Translations under genes and position numbers: made by a program
The notes under the pieces: generated by a model
The model's input: only the letters and a program-made list of their open reading frames with translations
Database searches by the model: none
What the model was told of the DNA's origin: nothing
Shown here: positions 41,165 through 55,014 of the stretch, piece after piece
Numbering within the stretch: position 1 is the stretch's first letter
Layout: the number at the start of each line of letters is the position of its first letter
Assembly: GCA_951406725.2 (NCBI GenBank)
Contig: OX597832.1
Span: 14,136,001 to 14,200,000, forward strand
Direction of reading: 5' to 3'
DNA from: Octopus vulgaris
Lineage: Eukaryota
Length of the DNA: 64,000 nucleotides

Positions 41165-42310
41165 AATGAAAACACAATTTATATATTTTATTAAGAAGAG
41201 ATATAATTACCAAAATTGCAGAAAATTATCTTCAAATACGAAAAAGTAAATTATATTCAATAAAATCGCCATTGGCTTCCACCACGGCTTCCATACGACT
41301 TCAGAATCTCCTAATCTTCTGGACAGTCTTCTTGATTAAATGGCTGGATGCTTCAATAGTCCTAGGCTTCACTTCATCTTTGGTGTTCCTAGGAGTTTCA
41401 TTGGCCTCTCGCGCAACTGCGCCCCACATATAATAAATGGCGTTGTAGTTTGGGGAGTTACTTAGCAGATGTTAGGTGATGTAGGAGCAGAAATTATCTG
41501 ACGGTCTTGACTGGGTTCTCCTGCTTTTATGGCATGGTATAGAGACATATTGCCAGATATAAGGTCTTCCACCAGCCACCTTCTTGACCCAGGACACAAC
41601 TTTCTCCTGTCACTTGATGTAGGACTCTGTATTGAGTGTGAGGTTGTTTTGCAAGACGAATGGAGGAATAACGTCGCCATCACTAGTGATCACACCAAAC
41701 ACCATGATGTTGACCGGATGTTTCCTTTTTATCACACTTGTTACATGCTTTGGCGACATGGTAAGCCATCGGTTGTTCTGTGTGTTCCCCATCCGATGCT
41801 AGAAGAAACTTTTCTCTTCCGAGAATGACCAAAAAATGTTCGGTTGGGTAGGAAGTTTGAGCTTCATCAACAGCTTCGTAGCGCGGTGTTTGCTTTTGTC
41901 TCCGATGGCTTGGGACAAAAATTGGCCTTTTCACACCTTCCCTGAGGAATATCGGGTATCTTCATGTACAACCTGCTTGTTAAGTAACTCAGAGACTCAT
42001 ATGTCCCTGGCGATTGACCTGATTGACATGCAAGTATCTTTGTCAATTATGACCTGGATCTTGCCAACAAATGTTGGTGTTCTTTTCTTATCCCATCGAT
42101 CAGATTGATTTTTCCGAGGTGCCGTACCTTCGTAATTCCGCATTCAACTCATTCAACTCTTTCCGTTTCGTCTGCACTCTCCTCAGATTGACACCCAATT
42201 ACACTGACATATGCGTAATGCAGTTTCCGGCAGGGATATCTAGCAATAATCCAAGTCGTTTCCAAATTTCTGGCAGAATGAATTACGACATGGTGCTCTT
42301 CTTCTCACAG
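41165..42310 (-). mobile_element. Decayed Tc1/mariner (maT/DD37D-like) transposon, near full-length
   Basis: NTQNNRWL..KHPVNIMVFGVITSDGDVIPPF..LNTESYIK and NSPNYNAIYYMWGAVARE; same family as 440-1240. Confidence 0.85.
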
Positions 42311-42341
42311 GCGTCGCGTTGAATAATAGTAAGACATAGTG

Positions 42342-43937
42342 AGTTGAATAAAGTTAAAACATGGTTTGGTTTTCACATTTCTATTATGGTATTTTAGCAT
42401 TAAAAAAAACTATATTGCTCATAAAGTTAAATTGGCTATTTCATACATAGTGTAGTCATCAGATTCCAAATGTTTTAAGTGACAGTTGAGTTCTTGACAA
42501 CTTTAGTACCATTTAGAACGCTCCAAGAAGCTCAATTTTCAGAATACCTTTTTGACCAATCCGCCTATATCTTAAGCATCACGGTTTTCTAGGCGTACCG
42601 ATAGTTATATTATTGCTGTTATTTCCGCTCCGAATAGGTTTGGATATTTTAATAAACCGTTTTTTTTTTTATATTTCATCCAACATTACTTGCATCATGT
42701 AGTTCGTGGAAAGGAGAAAAGTAGAAGTATTTTCTGACTACATGTCTCTATAAGTTCGTTTAAGTGAATCTGGTAAACATTGGCGTTCCGGACTTATTGT
42801 CTGTGGACTCGTGTACGTACCGATATTGAATTCTCCGTTTCGCCTATATAATACCTCGCAATTCGGGCATTTAATGCAGTATATTCAATTTCTGCTTTTA
42901 TAGTTTATCTCTACATTCGTAAAAATCTGTCCATTTTTTGCTCTAATAGATCTACCCGTATGTATGTTTTGGCACGTTCCACATATCCTATTATTACACT
43001 TGGATACAGTGAATGTTTTATCTTCATTGTTCAGGTAGAATTTTACCTTTGTTAATTGTTTCTCTACGTGAAGCAGTTGTCTTTTGCTTAAGATAAGTCT
43101 TTCATTAGTTATTGTGATTTATTTTACTCTGTTTATTGATTGACAAATTTGTTTTGATGTTGTTAAAAATGTTTTGATGATACTGTTTGTGTGTTACGAG
43201 AAATGGTATTTTGGTCCTTTGATGGTTTATTCTGTTTCACGTAGATATAGCTTGTTCCATAGTTACCTTTTTGCTCGTTGTATGTTATATTCTATAAGTA
43301 AGAGATGTAATGTTGTTTGAGCAGAAATAAATTTAGTTCTATAAGTCATGGGTTTCTGGTATTTGGATCATCAACTATAGTACGAATTTTGCTGGTTAGA
43401 AAGAACAGGATATTGCATTTTTTGTGATCTGGGAACCGTGATTTGAAATTTAGGTACTGGTGCTTATAGAGGCATAGGGGTCAGAAAATGGCTCTAATTT
43501 TTCGTTTGCACAAAGAACACGACACAAATGATGTCGGAAGAAAGACAAAAGAAAATCGGTTTATTAAAATGTTTAAATCTGTTCTGAACAGAAATAACAG
43601 CAATAATATGATAACCAGTTATTAATATAGATTAAAAAATATCTCTAACATAAAGGAATCAACAAGTTATAGAATATCGGTACGCCTGACAAACCGTGGT
43701 GTTTATAATGCATGCGGATCGGTTAAAAATATATTCTAAAAATGCAGCCTGTTGGAGCGTACTCAGAGGTAATAAAATTGTCAAAAACGCAACTGTCAAT
43801 TAAACACATTTTAATCTGATGATTACAATATGCATGAAAGCGCAAATTTGACATTATGAATATTAGAATATTTTTTTAATTTCCAAATACTCTAATAAAA
43901 ACGTGAAAACCAGACCATGTTTTAAGTTTATTCAACT
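42342..43937 (-). mobile_element. Penelope-like retroelement (Neptune-type GIY-YIG) with inverted terminal pseudo-LTRs
   Basis: Reverse strand SKRQ..KCNNRICGTCQ..N*IYCIKCPNCE..YIGETENSISVRTRVHRQ; 42342-42665 is an imperfect inverted copy of ~43552-43937, and each arm carries CTGATGA-stem-GAAA. Confidence 0.85.
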
Positions 43938-44398
43938 AATATATTATTCCATACACACATACACACTTGTATATATAAGTATATGTATATATATGTATAT
44001 ATATGTACACATGCACGCACGGACACAAACATATATATGTATATAGAAGCACGTGCATACATATATAGAGCTGTGCATATATATATATATATACTTATAT
44101 ATACGTGCGTGTGTATGTGCTGTGTGAATTTAGGTATGTAGATGTTATTCTATGTGTCTCTCTGTGAATGACTTTTAATATTAGTAATTAAGAATTTCGT
44201 AAATGAATGAAGATGAAATAATTACTTGGCTCAAAATATTAATGGTTACGATATGAGATACATTAGAAGTTTGGAGGTGTAACAACCTGGAAGCAGGCAA
44301 TAAATGAAAGTGTTAATGCAATAATATAATGACCAATTATATCTATATTTCAATCTATGTACATACATATATGTACACGCCTCTATGTATATATGTGA

Positions 44399-44449
<51 letters not shown>

Positions 44450-44503
44450 CAGAGAGAAATACATATATATATATATATACATACATATATGTATATATAT
44501 GTG

Positions 44504-44556
<53 letters not shown>

Positions 44557-45674
44557 TTGTATGTATGTATATACACACACTCCTATATTTATGTGTGCAA
44601 TTCTTGTATAATGTTGTCATAATGATTATTTCGGTAGCCTAGTAATAAAACATGTCTTTCTTTAGTATGAACAATATTAGAATATAGCGTAATTGTGAAA
44701 TTAACTCTTTGCGAGCACTGTGAGTTATATTAGAAGGCTGATATTGTTCGAAATTTTAATTATAGCCGTGGTTAATGACCTGGTTGCGAAAGGACTGATT
44801 AGTGAATGATCATTGAAAAAGTGCAAAATAAATTTCCGTTCTTAACGGTAACTGTAAATTATAAATTCTAAGGTTAAAATCACCGTGATGGCCTCGCCAT
44901 AAAATTACAATCATTGCCTTAGATACATGCACATGAATGCATTTGGATTGAAATAAAACTTTCATGTATTTATGTATTTATTTCTATATGTTTTTGTTTA
45001 ATTATTTAAGCACTTAGAATATCGATTATCACCAAAGTGGTGTTTACAAGCGGGAGACTGAATGTCACGTGATAGTTTATATCTGTTCTGGTAATCAAAA
45101 GTTGCTCAACAGTATGATGATATGCGAAGTTCCTGTATATTTATAGAATCATTTTAAGAGGAAATTGTCATGATAGTTATTGCTGAAGATTGTAATCTCG
45201 TGCCAGCAGAACTATCATCTGCCTTATTCTCTTTATATAAGTGGGCCTGTGTGGATATGTGTGTGTTTGTGCACATCTATGCGTGTGTCTGCAAATATGT
45301 ATATGTGCATGTGTCTGTCATTTTATACGCAATTGTGAGCAGTCATCTTTTTGCTTGCTTTTATAATATTTTCATATAATTCCGGGGCATAAATTTAGTA
45401 ATAATAATTGTTACTGCTCATTCGGTTGCAATATATAGTAAATGACAATACTCGGATGTTATCAGCTTGTGAAGAATTAAGTTTAAGAACGTCTCAAATG
45501 TTTTTGCATTGATGACGTAGACGTGCTTGCTAAGAATAAATGTATTTAATTATGGACAAATGTATTCTATATTCATCGACGTCTATATCTTTTCTTTATT
45601 TTTCTGTACATTCTAAATCCAACAGGTGTTATCGAAAATTGCGTCTTACATTGAAGTTTCAAACTTACATTGAA

Positions 45675-45775
45675 GTTTGGGCGGCCTGAGGCTATAGTAG
45701 AAGACATTTGCCCAAGGTGCCACGCAATGGGACTGAACCTGGAACCATGTGGTTTGTAAGCAAGCTGCTTACCAT
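45675..45775 (-). mobile_element. SINE family B fragment
   Basis: gaggctatagtagaagacatttgcccaaggtgccacgcaatgggactgaacc. Confidence 0.8.
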
Positions 45776-45949
45776 TGACAATATTATTAATTTTTAGTGC
45801 ATCAAACAACTTCGTTTTCTTTATCTGTTGCTTTCGCTGAAATACTTGTTAGCAACTTCCCCAAGAGATTAAAGTAGATGATTAGTAAATAATTTTAACT
45901 ACATTTTCATTTGTTGTTTTTTTCATTATCAAAGATACGCGTCCCTCAG

Positions 45950-47285
45950 CCATTCCCTCAGCCACGTTGTTTGCATTACCATTTATTCAGGGGTACGGAT
46001 ATCCAATGTACTGTTATGAAAAAAAAATATACGTGAAAATTCCCAACCAGTCCTTTGTCTTTCCGATTTTGTAGCAGATTTACACGTTGAAGGACATAGC
46101 GATTGGTTTTTCTTGCTCTTCACTGCTTTTTACCGTTTTGAATGTTTTATTATATATTTCCTTTTCACTATATGTTCTCGAGGGTTCCCAAATCCATGTT
46201 CAAAAGTTCTATTGATGTTCTAATATGGGAAAACTGAACACCATTTAATCCTAAATGATACAAAAAAACTGTGTACCATCTAACCCCAAATTTCCATTAT
46301 CCCCGAGGGGCTTTACTCAGTGTATAATGGTATATTTTGATTGATTCTTTTTTGAGTCTTCTAAGCTGCTAAAGTAAATCTTTTCCCATACAAATTGTAT
46401 TTTCCCATATCAATTGTATGTATTTTCAATATCAGACATGTTTTCTGCTTCGCAAATTTACATTTGCTCCAGGTGGTGTCTTCTACATATGTTTACGTCA
46501 TATTCCATCCATCTTTTCCAGCATTGATCGTTTGACTTTCTTCTCTGCATATATTTCCACATTCCTATGGCAGAAGCACTGATTAAATTACGGATGCCAA
46601 TATTGTTTGGAGTTATAATAATATCCAAAAAATATTTATGTCATTTTTATTCAGTTAGCTGTTCTAACTTTGTGAAAGTATCTCAAATTTAATAGTTTTA
46701 TGCTTTCTGAATTATTTACAACTTCTTTTAATCACATTAACATATTTCGCTTTTACTTTTTAAATCTTCAGGTATTAATTTATTTGTGTAACCATCAAAT
46801 GCTTAATACTGTAAACCTAATTACGTTAGCTTTCATTGTTTGCTTTTTTCCCATTACCATGCCGACTTTAGTTCTTTCAATACAGACTATGCTGTTTCAT
46901 TTCCCTATTCAACCTTTACGTTGTAGCCACTCACTCCTGATATTCATATTTTCCTCTTATGATTCTTTTAATTATTTTTATTCCCCATCAATGAAATATA
47001 CTAGCTTGGTTTATTAACTTCTTTTAGGCCGACACAAAGTTGTTTTTCTTTTCTCCATTCTCTGACATTTCTACCTTTTACACTTCTATCTACTTTATTG
47101 TTAACTCGCAAACATGTATAACTCGCAAAAATGTATAATACAATTTACTTCATCTCCAATGATCATAGCTCATTCTTGGAGTAGTATCTGATTGAAGATT
47201 TGGTGCTTCCCGTTCTATTGCAGTACAACTCAGCTGCTGGACATGGTAGTTCCACTTGATAATACTCTCCTGTCAAAATTCTTGA
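45950..47285 (-). mobile_element. Highly decayed APE-type LINE (I/Jockey-like) ORF2 relic
   Basis: Reverse strand has KAP/GDNG near 46300 and PIAMSF (YRPI-like) near 46100, in pre-RT order; purine-rich coding bias. Confidence 0.4.
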
Positions 47286-47299
47286 TATCTCAAAGGTGA

Positions 47300-47475
47300 G
47301 CATGCAGAAGCACTAACATGCCGGGAAATGTACTTTGCAGTATTTCGTCCGTCTTCACATTATGAACTAATTTCAAGTCTCGTTGAGGTCGACTCTGCTT
47401 TTGTTATCTCATGTAGCCGAAGTACCCAAATCTCAAAATTGCTGGCCATGTGCTCAAATTTGAAATCAATATTGT
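47300..47475 (+). mobile_element. SINE family A, degenerate
   Basis: gccgggaaatg..gtatttcgtccgtctt..gaggtcgactctgctttt. Confidence 0.6.
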
Positions 47476-47499
47476 TTATAACTTCTACTTAGAAAAAAA

Positions 47500-48480
47500 T
47501 GCCAGAATTAGGGCTGAGGAGGAAGGGTGAAGCCGTGCGATCTCCGATTCCATAAGATGAGTGCAGTGATTTCGTAGGGCTCCATCGAGAATTGGGATAC
47601 TTGAGACAGCGGGGTTTGAGAACTAAATCGATTGTTTGCGGTGCTTCTTGGACAACGTGATTCAGTATTGCGGAAGCCGATTTCAGCAGGCGTGCCAGAT
47701 GTCCTGAACCGCTGTGAAGGGCGAGAATCACCAAGTAACGATTGTTTGCCCTATTAGTTATATTTCCACATGACATACATACTTCATTCCTCTTGGAAGC
47801 GCTCTACTGCAAAGATGGCGGAGAGAAAGCATTCTCGATCGAACGATTTGGGAGTAGTAACACGCCTGAGGTATTATTGATACAACAGGTGGTTTGTTTG
47901 AAAGTTTCAATCACAATGTCTTTCTCCACACAAAGTTAAATATTTTAGTGAAAGTGCTCGCTTGTTGGCGATAGTGTTCTAGATGCCAAAAGCGAAATCT
48001 TGGTCTATGTTTGACTGACGACTGTATAGCAAACATTTAGACGAATTGTGAAAAGTTATTTAGTATTTTGTTTTTGTCGTTGTCGTTGACACAATCGCAG
48101 TAATCTAGATATATGTGCAGACGCAGTAAGTGTCAGTGCTTGCCGAAACATCAGCGAGTGCAGCATCTTACAACCAACATTGCATAGTTAATGAAAACAG
48201 ATTAATTTCCTCTCAGGTAAGTACCTGACGCTTCCATATTTGTCGAAATTATTCAGATTTAAATCTGGTTAGAGTCTATTTCTCTGACGGGGAAGTGGAA
48301 GTACACTACTGCCGAAATGTATACTTTGCGCAGTACCGCCAGATCTTTCAAAAACAGATTTACCTCAGCCTGTTTAGCACGTGTTCGAGGTCCCTTTGTA
48401 ACTCATATACATTCGTACTTCACTTCAATATTGTGTCTGTGTCTGTGTGTGAGGATTCCCGTGAGGAATTATATAAACAA
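47500..48480 (+). promoter_or_regulatory. CpG-rich island with no recognised repeat: candidate promoter/exon/splice-regulatory region
   Basis: No microsatellites and many CpGs; YY1-type AAGATGGCGG at 47812-47821; CAG|GTAAGT at 48214-48222. Function unproven. Confidence 0.3.
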
Positions 48481-48969
48481 CAAGGGAGCAGCTACGTAAT
48501 TTTCTTCCTGTGTCCTTTATTTAATTTCATTTTTTGTACTATATTCGATCAATATGAAAATGCCTATGGGAAATCTTAATACAAACATAACAATTAATAC
48601 ACAGACACACGCATATATATCTTACGAATATATGGCTCTAAATATGTAGATACATACATATATATGTATATGCATACATTTTCTTTGTTTATGTGTGTGT
48701 GAGAGACATAGTATTGTCTAAATGGCGCACACTCTCTATCTTTCACACACGCTCACATACACACGAAAAAGATGTATGACTATATATTTATGAATGTACG
48801 TAAACATGACAACAGACCTATTCATTCACTCACCCTCTCTCTCTCATACACAGAGGTTCATTTCAGTTGATGTTTGATGCTGTAATATATATCTATGTGT
48901 GTATTTGTGTGTTTGTGTGTACGTGCGTGCGGGTGGCGCTCCACAATCGTGAGAGAATAAACAGAGAAA

Positions 48970-49668
48970 TTTCGTTTCTTGATGCTCCTGGTAACACAGG
49001 TAAAACTCATGTAATATTACTTCTCTCCAAAGAAATACAGCAAACACAATTGGAGTTACTGTAACATTGTCAACGTTTGTTTCTAGCTTTCTGCCAGGAG
49101 GACGAACAACTCATTATGCTTTTAAATTACCATTAAATCTGGTCACAAGTAACAGCCTAATATGTAACATAAGCAAATAAGTCTTATGCCAAAACCACCT
49201 TATCATTTGGAATGAATGCACCATGTCACATAGAGGTACAAATGAAGTTCTTGGTAAGAACTTACAGAGGCAACAATATATTTATGGGAGGAGTTATATT
49301 AGTGTTACCAGGAGACGTCAGAGAGGCATTATCTGTCATTCTGAAAAGAACAAGATATGATGAAATAAAGGCATGCGTTAGGTTTTCACACCTATTGAAC
49401 TAAGTACTGAAATTCTCCTTCATTAATTCTAACGTGTGAGCTTCACTACATGGGGACCGATGTGCAAAACACATTTCAACCTGGCTCCTCCAATTATGAA
49501 ATGGTTAAGTAACATTTAATGTGAATGGAGATAACAGTTTGATTCCTATTGCTGCTGTCATGGTGAATTCCCTAGCTGAATTGAAGAACAGGGTATTTCC
49601 AGACATAAGTAATAATTGTAATTCATGTAAATGGTTGTGTGAAAGAGTAAGTCTTTCTCAAAACAATA
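48970..49668 (+). mobile_element. Helitron PIF1-like helicase relic
   Basis: FLDAPGNTGKT (Walker A), LPGGRTTHYAFKLPL, IIWNECTMSH (Walker B), GGVILVLPGDVRE, DEIKACV, VFPDI; stops and frameshifts; cut off by (TA)n. Confidence 0.9.
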
Positions 49669-49985
<317 letters not shown>

Positions 49986-50194
49986 ACATATAACATTATG
50001 TTCTTTACAATTTAAAATAATAAACAGGATGAAATGCAACTGTCAACTAAAGTGAGATGTGCTCAATTATGAATAATAAAAGCATTATAAAACCAAAAGT
50101 GATATCGCAGAACAAATATAGTTAAGAATATCACACAACATTGCAAATATTTGAGAATGTGAATGAAACTAAACTTAGATTTATAAATAATATT

Positions 50195-50415
<221 letters not shown>

Positions 50416-50749
50416 AGGTAGATATATATTGATATAGCTAGATAGATGTAAAGAGGGAAAGATAGATAGATATGTATACATCAACATATATGACGACCTT
50501 GCTTAAAGAACGAGATAGATAGAATTAAGTATGTTCACGTGTGTGTGTGTTTATGTGTATGTGTTTGTGTGCGTGTGTGTGCATGTGTGTTTGTATGTTT
50601 GTGCATGTGTGTTTGTGCTTGTGTGTGTGTCTTAAACATTGTGAAAGGGAAACAGTATGTTATCCCGGTATATATTTTGCACGAGGTTAGTGCAATAGGG
50701 AAGACATAGGAGATAAAGAATATTGTTTTCTGCGCAAAGCTCAAAATTT

Positions 50750-50992
50750 CTGAGGAAAGTGCCAGTCGATTAGATCGTTACAAGAATGGAATTGTTATTT
50801 AATTTATCGACCCCGAAAATATGAAAGGCAAAGTCGATCTCGGTGGAATCTGAACTCAAGTTAAAGAGATTTTTTTTTTAAATCTAGCCACAAAGTTCGA
50901 AATTTTAGTGGAGTGGAGTCAGTCAAATAGATCGACTCCAATACGCAACTGATTCTTATTTTATCGATCCCGGAAGGACAAAAGGCAAAGTA
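50750..50992 (-). mobile_element. Two SINE family A core fragments
   Basis: aatttatcgaccccgaaaatatgaaaggcaaagtcga and ttttatcgatcccggaaggacaaaaggcaaagt. Confidence 0.7.
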
Positions 50993-51859
50993 AGGAAGGA
51001 AGTTAAGGATTAACATGAAAAATAAAGTAAAGTATATAGAAATATAGTCTAAGAATATAGTGTACAAAGACAGCCAAGAAGATATGAGAGAGGAAGAGGT
51101 AAAGGAAAATAACGTAAATGAAAGGAATTTAAAGAGAATAGTAGGTGACAGTGGTATGCTTCTAATCTATAGGTGTGAAGTAGGAAATCTTAATGGATTT
51201 GAGCAGGACTGCCCTTAAGGACTTATGAACTTCTACACGATCAGAAAGTTGAACTGTGAACTGTTGTGCTTCTTTTTTCTTTCCTATCTTTCGATCGGGT
51301 AGTTTTTCTTTATTCCTATTTTAAGAACCTTTATTAGTTGTTATTAAAATAAATTATTTGTTGAGGTATATTAGCTGATAGTTTCATTTCCTACTTATAA
51401 TTGTTTAATAAATTAATGTTATAGAATTATAATGCATAAATATCATGCACACAGTGCTTGTTTTCCCAAAATTATTTAAATACAAAGGTAGTATATTTAA
51501 CTTAAGGAATATAGGTATTGTATTATTCATACAATGTTTATGTAAATTTAATTTATTTAAATTCAATAAATGCGTATTTGTTTAACTTAATAAGCAGACA
51601 AATAATCTCCTTCCCCTCTTTTTAATAGTATTATGTATTTAGTTAGATACATTAGTTGACAGTTTATGTTCTTACATTTTTCGTTAATTTAATTAATATT
51701 AGAAGCATTATTCTTTAATTTTGAACTAAAACTATTTGAAATTAACCAAAGTATTCTTAACTTTAAGAATTCTTCTTATGCACAAATTTATTATTCACAC
51801 GGCTTCTATTTAATTATATTAGTTTCAATTTATTGAGGTTACTAAAAGTATATTTAACC

Positions 51860-52340
51860 CTATACACGCAACAATTCCCCTTTCTCTCTTCTTGCTGACG
51901 TATTCGTGATTTGATATAAGAATTTGATAAATTTCCGCAACGCAGAATTCACATCAATCTTTACCAATTTTTGCCCGGCTAATTTTTTCCTAGATAAGTG
52001 TATATTCCCTATATTTTATCATTAATCACCTAAATTAATTTACCAAAATTAGTGCCTGTTTCTTTTTTCCTATTCGTAAAGCTATGTTCATGGTTCGCTA
52101 CCCTTCTTCTTATATAATTTTCTGTAGAGCCTATATTGTAGTAATCCATTCCCTCCCTCCGATGTTACATCACTCCTGTATATAACATAATTTTCTCTAC
52201 AAATACTTTAATGGACAACGAACCTCCTTGGAACAATCATAGATTATTATTTAGGAGCATTACTTGTTTCCTTACCAAATATACTTCGCTTGTATACTAT
52301 ATCTTCCGAGTTAGTCTCGTTATATCCTTAATTCATATGC
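51860..52340 (-). mobile_element. Penelope-like (Poseidon-type) GIY-YIG endonuclease relic
   Basis: Reverse strand CSKEVRCPLK..YVIYRSDVT..YNIGSTENYIRRRVANHEHSFTNRKKETGTNFGKLI..CEFCVAEI. Confidence 0.75.
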
Positions 52341-52424
52341 AGCTAAATTGGTGTAAGCCTGGATAAATATACTTAAGTAAAAACAACCTCTTTCCTCACA
52401 GACATATAAGTAGATGTATATATA

Positions 52425-52600
52425 CATACGACGGGCTTCTTACATTTTCCGTCTACGAAATCCACCCACAAGGCTATAGTAGAAGACACTTGCACGTAGT
52501 GGGACTGAACCCGGAACCATATGGTTTCTAAGTAAACGCTTCGCCACTCTTTACAAACCATGTGGTTTGTAAGTAACCTCTTTCGCCACTCTTTCGCCTA
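52425..52600 (-). mobile_element. SINE family B fragment with a duplicated head segment
   Basis: acgacgggcttc..gggactgaacccggaaccatatgg; the accat.tggttt..aagtaa..ttcgccactcttt segment occurs twice. Confidence 0.75.
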
Positions 52601-52847
52601 CGTGATTATATTCTTTTATTAAATCTTGCAGCTGGTTAGTAAGTAACTGTCGAATAAAGTGAAAAATTATGAATAATAAACGTGATATAACTGAAAAAGG
52701 ATTAGATGAAATGAACTTGCGTAATCAGAATAGTATGTTATTTGGTAATCATACGATGGAATAGTTGAAACAAATGAGATGGTTATTATTAATATGTATG
52801 AAGGCATATACAGAAAACGCCTGAGCTACACAAGAATATAGGAAGGT

Positions 52848-52890
<43 letters not shown>

Positions 52891-52909
52891 CGTATGTATG
52901 TATGTATGT

Positions 52910-53070
52910 AAGGTGGCTAGCTGATAGAAACGTTAGCACGCCAGGCGAAATGCTTAGAAGTATTTCGTCTGCCGCTACGTTCTGAGTTCAAATTCCGCCG
53001 TGGTCGGCTTTGCCTTTCATCCTTTCGTACTGGGGTCGATATAATCGACTTAATCCGTTTGTCCTCTGTG
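52910..53070 (+). mobile_element. SINE family A, internally deleted
   Basis: gaaacgttagcacgccaggcgaaatgc..gagttcaaattccgcc..gcctttcatcctttcg. Confidence 0.85.
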
Positions 53071-53128
53071 TGTATGTGTATTGCAGAGTATAGTGATTAG
53101 ATATGATAAGGGATTGAACAAGTGAGCG

Positions 53129-53189
<61 letters not shown>

Positions 53190-54232
53190 GCTTGATATCC
53201 CTATTTATATTTTTCTCTCGCCGCAACTAAACATTTTACAATGAGGGTTGCGTAAAAAGGGACGTCATAAAATGTAAAGAGAATATTGAGAAATCTACAC
53301 TAGAAAATGCAATGATTAATGAACGGATAGAGCGACCGAGAACATATATGTGGCATCTATTGACACTTAAATAGACAGCAATGAAAATCGGTGAGACGAA
53401 TCTTAATCCCATTATTAGGAGATAAAGGATTTCAATTTGCCGTAATCCTTTTTCGTCATACGGCTCCATTTCGTATGAAAGATTACATCTTTTAAATAGC
53501 GTCCATTTTCAGCTTCACACTTTATGTAATGTAAATTCTTTTTCGTGTAGAGCTCTAGGATTCTCAAAGTCAAAAACTGCTAATTGTGTCATTTGACGGA
53601 CACACACATATCAAATTGAGCTTCATCAGTCATGTTCAAATTTTGTGTAAAAATTGCGTAATTTAGTTCCAAATACAGGGTTCTGACAGCGTATTGAAGA
53701 CTGTGTTCATATTCTTGGGAACTCAACGGTTCTTCGTATAGAAACAAGTACACGCTGTTGGGAACTTATCGCAGGGAAATCTGTGCAATCCCAAATTGTC
53801 GGGACCGCGTTTCAGTCAACGTTTCTGGATTCTGTTCAGTACTCTCTCTTCCTCGTTCCCTTGCCTTCGTCGGCTGTGATAGTGCGAGGCCTCCCAGATC
53901 CTTGGAGATCCTTTACCTAACCTATTTTTTCAAAATGAATAAAGAAGCCCCCAATAGTATTTTTAGTTAGTCATATTTCACTTGAAAATGGGCCATGATA
54001 AGCTATCTAGTTTTGCATAATTTTCACATGGTTTTGATTGCAAAATTTCACTACGTAAGAAAGTTGTAAAGTACGACATTTTTTCATAATTAATTTTGAG
54101 GAACTAGTCTATAAAATCCTGGATAATGAAAGAAAACTATAGACAATAAAAAAAATATAAAAAAATTGTATCCCTTCGGTGCTTTTTGGTCTTCTTTGTA
54201 TTACGATAATAATAAGATTGCAACAAGACGGT

Positions 54233-54453
54233 GAAGGCGGTGAGCTGGTAGAATCGTTAGCATGCCGGGCGAAATGCTAAGCGGTATTTCGTCTGCCGTT
54301 ACGTTCTGAGCTGAAATTCCGCCGAGTTCGACTTTGCCTTTCATCTTTTCGGGGTCGATTAAATAAGTACCAATTACACACTGGCGTCAATGTAATCGTC
54401 TTGATGTCCTTGTTTGTCCCCTCTATGTTTTGCTCTTTGTGGGCAATAAATAT
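54233..54453 (+). mobile_element. Full-length SINE family A with 19-bp TSD
   Basis: TSD ataagattgcaacaagacg at 54212-54230 and 54454-54472. Confidence 0.92.
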
Positions 54454-55014
54454 ATAAGATTGCAACAAGACGTTAGAACAATGCAATTTTCAAATAAACC
54501 TGCAATTTCATATAAATATAATGTAAATATTCATGGTAGAGTAGTAACATTTCCGTCGAACACACACACATATAATTTAGTACTTCCAATCGTATATGAT
54601 GTCGTTGTCGTTATGTTTTTTTAATTAATTACTGTTGCATATAGACATGGATGATGTCTGCGTGTGATGTGAATATTTATCCTTAATCTAGCTTGTCGTT
54701 CCGAGGTTGTTGCTTTTTATTCTTGGTTGTCTCTAAACTCTTGGCTTACAGATATAATATGTATATACCTCCCCTCACGCAGATGTACAAGATTACAATT
54801 ATGTATATACTTTCTTTTGCATGATCCTGTCGAATTATTTTATGTGTAAAATAGTGCGTCGAAGTATATGCCAGCGAAAGTAAGTCATTGATAAAATCAA
54901 AGAATATAAAATGCTTGCATTCACACTAAATATGTATTTGTGTGTGTTTAATACACACACACTCTCACGCACACACACACGCTACACATACACACACTCT
55001 ACACATACACACGA

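Noticed and set aside
48970-49668. Host PIF1 helicase gene
   Set aside because: Intronless, with stops and frameshifts, and motif wording typical of Helitron RepHel.
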